In this document: positions 1 to 7,349 of the stretch, piece by piece | How positions within the stretch are numbered: position 1 is the first letter of the stretch | How the letters are laid out: the number at the start of each line of letters is the position of its first letter | Origin: Promethearchaeota archaeon | GTDB lineage: Archaea; Asgardarchaeota; Lokiarchaeia; Sigyniarchaeales; SOKP01 | Length of the DNA stretch: 12,503 bases | Direction: 5' to 3' | Assembly (NCBI GenBank): GCA_011364925.1 | Contig: RDOA01000070.1 | Location: forward strand, 1 to 12,503 | The notes under the pieces: generated by a model | Database searches by the model: none | What the model was told of the DNA's origin: nothing | The model's input: only the letters and a program-made list of their open reading frames with translations | Made by a program: the position numbers and the translations under genes

Positions 1-965
1 CTAAGCATTTCGAACTCCCTAAAAAAATGAAACGCGAAAAAAAGGGTGCAGATAAACCAGAAATGACAATGGATACTATACATGCGGTTGATGACATCAG
101 CTTTGAAGTAAAAAAAGGAGAGATTTTTGGATTTTTAGGGCCAAATGGTGCCGGGAAAACTACGACAATCCGAATGATGACTGGTGTCTTAAAACCAACG
201 AAGGGTAATATTGAGATTCTTGGTTTAGACGCTTGGAAAAATCAGATCGCTGTCAAACAATTCACTGGAAATGTACCTGAGATGGCAAATGTCTACTTTT
301 CATTTTCAGGTTGGGAAAATTTGATGTTTATAGGAGAGCTTTATGGAATTTCTAAAAAAGAACGGGTTATCACAGCGGAAAGCCTCTTAAAACAATTCGA
401 TCTATACGAAAAACGCAATCTTAAATCAAAAAAATATTCTAAGGGAATGAAACAACGATTATTGCTATGCATGGCATTAATGACGAATCCAAAAATCTTA
501 TTTCTTGACGAACCAACCGCTGGTCTTGATGTCCAATCAGCTAAAATTATAAAGCAACTAATAAGAGAGTACAATAAGCGAGGAGTAACGATTTTCTTAA
601 CGACGCACGATATGGATGTGGCAAACGAATTATGTGATCGGATTGCTATTATTAATCACGGTAAGATTATTAGCCTAGATACTCCGGATAATTTAAAGAA
701 ATTAACCCAGGAGTATCAAGCGATTGATCTCCAATTCATGAATGGCGTGGATAAACAAGAAATTAAAAACCTTAGTAACATCAAGGAGGTACAAGAAACT
801 CAAGACGGAGTTCACATTATTGTTGATGATATCCATGAGTCTATCTGTGAATTAGTGGATTACATCAAAAATCAGAATGTAAAAATTAAACAACTAAATA
901 CGCATCAACCAAAATTAGAGGAAGCTTTTCTAAAAATTATTGAACGGGGTGATAAACTTGATTGA
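1..965 (+). CDS. ABC exporter ATP-binding subunit, DrrA-like/ABC-2 type; probably 5'-truncated by the window edge
   Basis: Walker A GPNGAGKTT, signature YSKGMKQR, Walker B LFLDEPT, H-loop TTH and a ~90-aa C-terminal extension typical of this family. The frame is open upstream of ATG27 to the window start (KHFELPKKM), and KHF matches the usual N-terminal LTKxF strand, so the true start is likely before base 1. Confidence 0.93.
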   Translation, partial: KHFELPKKMKREKKGADKPEMTMDTIHAVDDISFEVKKGEIFGFLGPNGAGKTTTIRMMTGVLKPTKGNIEILGLDAWKNQIAVKQFTGNVPEMANVYFSFSGWENLMFIGELYGISKKERVITAESLLKQFDLYEKRNLKSKKYSKGMKQRLLLCMALMTNPKILFLDEPTAGLDVQSAKIIKQLIREYNKRGVTIFLTTHDMDVANELCDRIAIINHGKIISLDTPDNLKKLTQEYQAIDLQFMNGVDKQEIKNLSNIKEVQETQDGVHIIVDDIHESICELVDYIKNQNVKIKQLNTHQPKLEEAFLKIIERGDKLD

Positions 966-1746
966 AAACAATATAAGGTTAGAAGAACCTAAAATAAAGA
1001 CATTTGCTGTTCAATTAAAACGATCCTTTGTAATAACTAAAAAGGATTTAAAAATCTACTACAATAAACCTCCCGTTATAATTCAAGGGATACTTTTTCC
1101 GATAATATTATTCGTCGCTTTAACCGTAGGTAGAAATGTAGAATTAGTCTATGCGATTTCAGGATTAATGGCTATGATTACATTTTTAACATCAACTTCA
1201 ATAGGTCCAATAGTCTTCCCGTGGGAAACAATGAGAAGAACATTCGAACGATTAATAACTTGTCCAATTTCAATAAAAACTATTCTACTAGGGAGTGTTT
1301 GGAGTACTTTCATTTATGGAATTATTTTTTCTTCGCTTCCCTTAATATTTGGAATGATCTTCTTACCGGCTGAACTTTCAGTAAATCTAATAATAGTCAT
1401 TATTGGGATGATCGTAGCGGGATTAGCATTTGCTTGTTTTAGTCTTATATTGTCCGTACCTTCCACAGACACACCCGGAAATACTATGGTTTTTACGGTT
1501 CTAATTAAGTTTCCATTAGTATTCATGAGTCCGCTATTTATGCCGATAATTCTATCTCCAATTGCTTATATCTCTCCCTTGACCTATTTCGTTGACATAG
1601 TTAACACAGGACTAGGTGATAGCAGTGCTTTTGGATCGCTTGGGTTGCTTATTGATATTGGAGTTTTACTAGCCTTTGGATTAGGATTTCTATTTTTAGC
1701 ATTTCTATTACACAGTAAAACATTAGAAAGAAGATTTCGAGATTAA
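958..1746 (+). CDS. ABC-2 type transporter permease (DrrB-like), about 6 TM helices
   Basis: About six hydrophobic segments, ABC-2 motifs WETMRRTFERLITCPIS and SPLTYFVD, and an overlap with the ATPase stop. TTG958 is preferred over TTG940 because GGGGTGA (946-952) lies 5 nt upstream. Confidence 0.9.
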   Translation: MIENNIRLEEPKIKTFAVQLKRSFVITKKDLKIYYNKPPVIIQGILFPIILFVALTVGRNVELVYAISGLMAMITFLTSTSIGPIVFPWETMRRTFERLITCPISIKTILLGSVWSTFIYGIIFSSLPLIFGMIFLPAELSVNLIIVIIGMIVAGLAFACFSLILSVPSTDTPGNTMVFTVLIKFPLVFMSPLFMPIILSPIAYISPLTYFVDIVNTGLGDSSAFGSLGLLIDIGVLLAFGLGFLFLAFLLHSKTLERRFRD

Positions 1747-1756
1747 AAGTAAATTT

Positions 1757-1790
1757 CCTTTTTTTTTATATATGCTGTTATTTTTTATAA
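1757..1790 (+). terminator. Putative oligo-T (archaeal-type) terminator between convergent genes
   Basis: T9 run at 1759-1767 and T6 at 1781-1786 just after the permease stop, with no GC hairpin in front. Confidence 0.5.
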
Positions 1791-1794
1791 TTAT

Positions 1795-2532
1795 TCAGTA
1801 GATTTTGGGTACTAGTTTGTATTTTACTCGATTTCGATATTCCTCATAGCCATCCATTCCTTTTATAAGCATTTTTTCCTCAAATCGTATTCGCACAATC
1901 AACGCTATCGACCCAACAGCGGCAGGTATTAGCGATATCCAGGATCCTAACGCGATGGGAAGTCCAAGTATCATTACGATCGCTCCAGTGTAAAGCGGAT
2001 GACGAATATGGGCGTATAGTCCAGTATCAATAAGTTTTTGACCTTTATTTATATCCAATATTTTTGAAGCATAAGCATTTTGAACCATAGCAAGATCCAT
2101 GATAGTGAGACCAAGATTTAAGATCACAAGACCTATAATCTCCACATAGAAGGGAATTGTAACCCATTGGAAACGGTAATCTAATGGAGGTAATAATATT
2201 GCACCAAAAAACCCAATACTGATAAGTGGCATTATAAAGAGGTCTGATCGCGAAGAACTTTTTGTTTTTTCTGTAACACCAATTTTTTTTAATTTCATAC
2301 GATTTCGAATAACGCGTGGATTCTTCTTGTTTATGAGAGCAGTACTGATAGTAAAGTTTATCACAAATGAAATGATGAAAAGCCATGCTTCAATCCACAA
2401 CCAATCCTGAGCGAGAGGAAATAGGATAATTATGAACAATGCTGAAACATACACAGGGATGAGAGCTATCCCCCAAAGAGGAATGGGTTTATCCATCTTA
2501 TCAATTTCATTGGGTGGTGTTCCATTTGACAT
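1795..2532 (-). CDS. Isoprenylcysteine carboxyl methyltransferase (ICMT/PEMT/Ste14) family integral membrane methyltransferase
   Basis: Multiple TM segments and family motifs LIDTGLYAHIRHPLYTG and RIRFEEKML...YEEYRNRVKYKLVP. Start is ATG2532 or TTG2544. Confidence 0.9.
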   Translation of the reverse strand: MSNGTPPNEIDKMDKPIPLWGIALIPVYVSALFIIILFPLAQDWLWIEAWLFIISFVINFTISTALINKKNPRVIRNRMKLKKIGVTEKTKSSSRSDLFIMPLISIGFFGAILLPPLDYRFQWVTIPFYVEIIGLVILNLGLTIMDLAMVQNAYASKILDINKGQKLIDTGLYAHIRHPLYTGAIVMILGLPIALGSWISLIPAAVGSIALIVRIRFEEKMLIKGMDGYEEYRNRVKYKLVPKIY

Positions 2533-2544
2533 GATTTTAATCAA

Positions 2545-2683
2545 TGAGCAGTAGAATTAAAAATTATTCATTTCAGTCGCTTTTTCACTTAGTTTTTACT
2601 ATTTTAGGTAGATTTAAAAACTAAATTTTCTTATGGATTCATAACGATCTATATTCATAACGAATTCAAGAGACTTATTGAAT
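2545..2683. promoter_or_regulatory. Divergent promoter region with TATA-like boxes and a candidate PadR operator
   Basis: TTTTTAA on the - strand (2563-2557) about 25 nt upstream of ATG2532; TTTAAAAA at 2613-2620 on +; near-palindrome TTATG-gatt-CATAA at 2631-2644; perfect 11-bp direct repeat ATTCATAACGA at 2637-2647 and 2653-2663. Confidence 0.55.
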
Positions 2684-3265
2684 ATGTCTTCTGAGAAAAA
2701 TTTAGAATTAAGTCATGTTTCTTTTACTGTTTTAGGGCTAATATCAGAATATCCGTGTCATGGAAAAGATATAAATGGAAGAATTGAAGAAAGAGGTATG
2801 AGAGCTTGGACAGCTATAGGTGAATCATCTGTTTACGGAGTATTGAAGAATCTAAAGGAAAATGGATTAGTTGATTCGTGGATGGAAGAGGAAAATAATA
2901 GGCTAGTGAAAATTTACAAGATCACAGATAAAGGGATTAATATACTTAAGAAAAGGATATATAAAAGCCTTAATGAGTATAATGGTAGAAATGATCCTGA
3001 TTTCTATATGGCATTTTCAATGCTACCTTATTTATCTGAGAAAGAACTGACTGAAGTATTTAAAAATTCATTAAAAACGATAAAAAAACACAAATTGGAA
3101 TTGGAGAAAATGTTAGGAGAGAATTCTAAGATGCCATTGAATGTTAGGGGTTTGTTCATCCATCCAATTAATATATTACAAACGGATATTGAATTTTTAG
3201 AAATGGTTTTAGATGAAATTAAGAAAGGAGGAGGTCAAATTAACACAAAGACACATAATAAATAA
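2684..3265 (+). CDS. PadR-family winged-helix transcriptional regulator with long C-terminal helical domain
   Basis: VLGLISEYPCHGKDI...IGESSVYGVLKNLKENGLV...KIYKITDKG matches the PadR wHTH pattern. Start is ATG2684, or TTG2678 in the same frame. Confidence 0.92.
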   Translation: MSSEKNLELSHVSFTVLGLISEYPCHGKDINGRIEERGMRAWTAIGESSVYGVLKNLKENGLVDSWMEEENNRLVKIYKITDKGINILKKRIYKSLNEYNGRNDPDFYMAFSMLPYLSEKELTEVFKNSLKTIKKHKLELEKMLGENSKMPLNVRGLFIHPINILQTDIEFLEMVLDEIKKGGGQINTKTHNK

Positions 3266-4373
3266 TTTTGTTCATAGAATTGGTCATCATTGTGAATCCT
3301 CGTCGATGAGAGATTTACTTGAATTTCATGGTTTTCCTATGTCTGAACCGATGGTATTCGGTTTAGATGCTACAATGGGTTTCGGATTCTTTGACACTAC
3401 TAATAGTGTTTCGTTTATACCGGAATCTGACATACCCTTCTTCCTTGGAGGTAAGCAAGGAACAATAGAACCAAACTCTCTGGCTTGCCGTTTATTAGGA
3501 ATCACCTTACGGAAACAGTCATTTACTAGTGCTGATAAAGCGTGGGAAGAGTCAAAAATTATGCTAATCCAAAATCAACCTTTAATCCTCAAAGTTGATT
3601 TGGGATATCTAACTTATTTTGAAGAGGAGGGAGATATTCATTTCGGTGGACATGCGATTACTTTAGCGGGTTACGATGAGGAAAAAGGATTTGCTTATAT
3701 TGGTGATACAGACTATGAAGGATTCCAAGAAATCTCTATTGAAAAACTCAAGGAGGCGAGAAGTTCTGAATACGGCCCTAAATTCATGCACCCCAATAAC
3801 GCTCAATTTTCCATGACTAAAAGACCAGATGGGAAGCGCCCACCTTTAGCTGCTGGAACAAAAGTAGCAATTCAAAAAGTTGTAAACAATATGTTACGCC
3901 CCTCTGTAAATAATAACGGTATTCAAGGATTAAAACATTTTACCAATTCAATTCCATTGTGGAAAGAGAAATTGGTAGGAGAAGCTAAAGATCCCCAGGG
4001 AAAATCTATCTCACGCGCGAGGTTAATGTTTGAACTATTACATGGGTATATTGAGACCTGGGGTACTGGTGGAGCGAGTTTTCGCAATCTATATACGCAA
4101 TTTTTAGAAGAACTGCTCAGTCATCCTGAGATAAGAAAGGGACCTAAAGCATGGAGTAATGAAGACTTTAAGATTATAGAGGTTAGTATACCATTAATAA
4201 AGGATTCTGCCAAGTATTGGACTTTAATAGCAGAAACATTAAAAAAGGCAGCAGACGAGCACAAAAATGATTGTTTAAATAATGTAGATTTGAGTAAGTT
4301 GCAGGAATACGCAGAATTAATACTCAATAGGGAAGAAACATTGTTCAAGAATTTATTAAAACTAAGAATATAA
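3213..4373 (+). CDS. BtrH N-terminal domain (papain/C39-like fold) plus DUF4872-like C-terminal domain; putative cysteine hydrolase
   Basis: GHHCESSSMRDLL...SEPMVFGL, VDLGYLTYF...HFGGHAITLAGYD, YIGD and ETWGTGGASFRNLYTQFLEE are patterns I recognise from BtrH_N/DUF4872 proteins. Candidate triad is Cys27/His147/Asp165. The start codon is uncertain. Confidence 0.82.
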   Translation: MKLRKEEVKLTQRHIINNFVHRIGHHCESSSMRDLLEFHGFPMSEPMVFGLDATMGFGFFDTTNSVSFIPESDIPFFLGGKQGTIEPNSLACRLLGITLRKQSFTSADKAWEESKIMLIQNQPLILKVDLGYLTYFEEEGDIHFGGHAITLAGYDEEKGFAYIGDTDYEGFQEISIEKLKEARSSEYGPKFMHPNNAQFSMTKRPDGKRPPLAAGTKVAIQKVVNNMLRPSVNNNGIQGLKHFTNSIPLWKEKLVGEAKDPQGKSISRARLMFELLHGYIETWGTGGASFRNLYTQFLEELLSHPEIRKGPKAWSNEDFKIIEVSIPLIKDSAKYWTLIAETLKKAADEHKNDCLNNVDLSKLQEYAELILNREETLFKNLLKLRI

Positions 4374-4386
4374 AGGGATAGTAAAG

Positions 4387-4815
4387 ATGAGTGAAAAAAA
4401 TTTAGCAGCTCCATGTGGGATGTATTGTGGTGCGTGTAGATCATATTTAATACTTAAAAAGAATTTGTTAGAAGAAAAAGGACGCAAAAATGGTTGTAAA
4501 GGGTGTAGAATTCGAAATAAAAATTGTTCTTTTATAAAGAAAGATTGTGCGTTAATAAGAAAAAACGAAATTGATTTCTGTTTCGAATGCGATAGTTTTC
4601 CATGTTCAAATTTACAGAGGATTGATGGAAGATATTCTGAAAGGTATAATGTAAGTTTTATTCAGAATTTAAAAAGAATACAAGAAATCGGATTTGAGCG
4701 ATGGCTCGAGGAACAAGAAATTTTGTATCGATGTCCGGATTGTGGTGGAGAAATTAGCGTTCATGATAAAGAATGTTTTGATTGTGGCAAGAAAATAAAT
4801 CCAAATTTAAAATAA
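4387..4815 (+). CDS. Cys-rich DUF3795-like metal-binding protein with C-terminal zinc ribbon
   Basis: APCGMYCGAC, CKGCR and FCFECDSFPC pattern plus CPDC-x10-CFDC; 14 Cys in 142 aa. Confidence 0.82.
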   Translation: MSEKNLAAPCGMYCGACRSYLILKKNLLEEKGRKNGCKGCRIRNKNCSFIKKDCALIRKNEIDFCFECDSFPCSNLQRIDGRYSERYNVSFIQNLKRIQEIGFERWLEEQEILYRCPDCGGEISVHDKECFDCGKKINPNLK

Positions 4816-4837
4816 TGAATTTTAGGTATGAGTGAGA

Positions 4838-7333
4838 ATGGATAAAATTAAAGTGGTGGGAGCTAGGCTTCATAATTTAAAAAATTTGAACGTAGAAATC
4901 CCGAAGAAAAAAATGGTCTTAATAACAGGAGTATCAGGTTCAGGAAAATCAAGCTTAGCTTTTGACATTATATTTGACGAAGGAATGAATCGATACTTAC
5001 AATCTATAGGATTTCCCCCAAAATTTGAGGACGAAAAACCTTTTGATTTACTGGAAGGGTTAAGTCCTACTGTAGCAGTGGAGCAACGGACAACTCGAGT
5101 ACTTAATCCGCGTTCCACTGTGGGCACAAAAACTCGATTATACAACCTACTTAGGATGTTATATGCTACAGAGGGTTCCTTAATTTGTCCAATATGCAAA
5201 GAACCCGTAAATGAGAATCTTGAATGCAATATTTGTGGAATGGTCGTAGAACGATTGGAGATTAAACATTTCAGTTTTAACGAACCAAGCGGTATGTGTT
5301 TAGCCTGTAAAGGACGGGGTTACCAAATGCATCTTACAGAAGAACTGATAGTTCAAGATTACAATAAAAACCTTATTCAAATTACTAAAGCAGGATCAGC
5401 GGTCTTTGCAGATCAGATTCGATTTATTGAACAATTACCTAAATTTTATAATTTCGACATTAAAACACCATATAAAGATTTACCGGAAGAAGTTAAGCAG
5501 GTCTTCCTTTACGGAAGCGGTAAAAAACTTTCTTTTGATTGGGATTCGAAAACGTTTACGGGGACCTTAGAAAGAGTATTTGAAGGAGTTATTCCACACA
5601 TAGAGCGTGCTCTCACAGAATCAAAGAGTTCGTATCGCCGAGATAAAATTCATAAGAATTACATGTCATTGAAAAAATGCGAAGAATGTGAGGGATATCG
5701 AATAAACGAACAAGCAAGAGGGGTAAAATTAGGAGGAAAACATATAGGGGAATTGGGAATGATGCCTATTGATGAATTAAGCTCCTTTCTTGAAGATTTG
5801 AGTAAAAATAATATTTCAACGGTTCAAGGTAAAAATTTATGTGAATTAGTGATAAAAAGCCTTAAAAATATGAAGGATGTAGGATTAGGATACATTCATC
5901 TGCACCGTGCATTACCGACACTAAGTGGTGGAGAACTCCAGAGATTATCTTTAATGACTCATCTAGACGCAGGGATAGATTCCCTTATCTACATTTTAGA
6001 CGAGCCAAGTATGAGTTTACACGAATTGGAAAAGGATTCTTTAATAGAACTGTTAAAAAAGTTGAAACGATTAGGGAATACAATTATAGTTGTTGAGCAT
6101 GATAAACGTTTTATTGAGATAGCAGACCAAGTAATTGATATCGGTCCCGGTGCAGGAGTGAATGGCGGAGAATTAGTCTACCAAGGAGCATTAGACGGAT
6201 TGAAAAATGTAGATAAGTCCTATACTGGCCAATTTCTCACCGGTAAAATATCGTTACCAGTAAAATCGGATGAGTTAAAAAAAGTGGTCAAGGATTCAAC
6301 AATGTTTCTAACAATAAAAAATGTCAAAACTAACAATTTAAAGAATGTAGAAGTTAAAATTCCATTAGGCATGATGGTAGGAATTGCGGGCGTATCTGGA
6401 TCGGGGAAAAGTTCTTTAATTTTAGACACATTAGTTCCACTTTTGCAACCATTTTTCAAGCGTGGTAATGATAGAAATAAGATTGAAGATAATGAAAATG
6501 GTGAAGAGGAAAATGGAGAAGAACTTCTTGAATACTCTGGAATGATTAGCGGTTGGGAAAATTTAGATGAAGTTATCGTAGTTAGTCAAAAACCAATTTC
6601 AAGGGTTAAAACTTCTACACCAGCGTCATATATTGGGATTTGGGACAAAATTAGGAATATTTTTGCTAAAGTAGTCGAAGCAAAAAAACGTAAATATTCA
6701 GCGGGTCATTTTTCCTATAATTCCGATAAAGGACGATGTCCATCCTGCAAGGGAACTGGCGAACAAGACTTAAAGATATCATTTTTGAGTAGTTTTAATA
6801 TCTTATGCAGAGAATGTCATGGACTTAGATATAAGCCAGAAATACTAGAGGTAAAATATAAAGGTAAATCAATTGCCGATGTGTTAAATATGACCGTTTC
6901 AGAAGCAGCTAAATTATTCGCGTCAGATTCTAGCATATCCAATGTATTGCAGATCCTGGAAGATATAGGTATGGGGTATATAACTTTAGGGCAACCAGCT
7001 CCAACATTAAGCGGCGGAGAAGCTCAAAGAGTTAAACTCGCTAAGGAACTTGGAAGAGCTAGAAAAACAAGATCACTCTATGTTCTGGACGAACCTACAG
7101 TTGGATTATCGTTTTATGATGTAGTAAAATTAATAGAACTTTTAGATCAATTAGTACGAGAAGGAAATAGTGTCATAATTATAGAACATGATCCGGAAAT
7201 CTTATCATACTGCGATTATCTTATAGAATTGGGACCTGAAGGAGGACCAAAAGGAGGAAAAGTGATCGCAGAAGGTCCTGTAGCTAAAATTAAAGAGAAT
7301 ATTAACTCGAATACCAGTAAATATTTAAAATAA
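4838..7333 (+). CDS. uvrA: UvrA-family ATPase lacking the UvrB-binding domain (class II UvrA2/DrrC-like)
   Basis: GARLHNLKN, two GVSGSGKSS Walker A motifs, LSGGELQR and LSGGEAQR signatures, LDEP Walker B motifs, EHD H-loops and three Zn modules. Only 9 aa separate CPIC and CNIC, where canonical UvrA carries the UvrB-binding domain. Start is ATG4838 or GTG4832. The symbol denotes the family, not the housekeeping ortholog. Confidence 0.9.
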   Translation: MDKIKVVGARLHNLKNLNVEIPKKKMVLITGVSGSGKSSLAFDIIFDEGMNRYLQSIGFPPKFEDEKPFDLLEGLSPTVAVEQRTTRVLNPRSTVGTKTRLYNLLRMLYATEGSLICPICKEPVNENLECNICGMVVERLEIKHFSFNEPSGMCLACKGRGYQMHLTEELIVQDYNKNLIQITKAGSAVFADQIRFIEQLPKFYNFDIKTPYKDLPEEVKQVFLYGSGKKLSFDWDSKTFTGTLERVFEGVIPHIERALTESKSSYRRDKIHKNYMSLKKCEECEGYRINEQARGVKLGGKHIGELGMMPIDELSSFLEDLSKNNISTVQGKNLCELVIKSLKNMKDVGLGYIHLHRALPTLSGGELQRLSLMTHLDAGIDSLIYILDEPSMSLHELEKDSLIELLKKLKRLGNTIIVVEHDKRFIEIADQVIDIGPGAGVNGGELVYQGALDGLKNVDKSYTGQFLTGKISLPVKSDELKKVVKDSTMFLTIKNVKTNNLKNVEVKIPLGMMVGIAGVSGSGKSSLILDTLVPLLQPFFKRGNDRNKIEDNENGEEENGEELLEYSGMISGWENLDEVIVVSQKPISRVKTSTPASYIGIWDKIRNIFAKVVEAKKRKYSAGHFSYNSDKGRCPSCKGTGEQDLKISFLSSFNILCRECHGLRYKPEILEVKYKGKSIADVLNMTVSEAAKLFASDSSISNVLQILEDIGMGYITLGQPAPTLSGGEAQRVKLAKELGRARKTRSLYVLDEPTVGLSFYDVVKLIELLDQLVREGNSVIIIEHDPEILSYCDYLIELGPEGGPKGGKVIAEGPVAKIKENINSNTSKYLK
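6494..6523 (+). repeat. Imperfect 15-bp tandem duplication encoding ENGEE x2 in an acidic loop
   Basis: GAAAATGGTGAAGAG and GAAAATGGAGAAGAA, 13/15 identical. Confidence 0.6.
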
Positions 7334-7349
7334 ATAAAGTTAAACTATT

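Noticed and set aside
27-29. ATG27 as the start of the ABC ATPase
   Set aside because: The frame is open to the window edge and the upstream codons resemble the conserved first strand of the ABC domain, so the start is probably outside the window.
2045-2386. 113-aa alternative-frame ORF inside the methyltransferase gene
   Set aside because: It is fully nested on the same strand, with no recognisable motif or RBS.
2631-2663. CRISPR array or transposon end
   Set aside because: There are only two 11-bp copies with a 5-nt gap, and no cas, transposase or integrase gene in the window.
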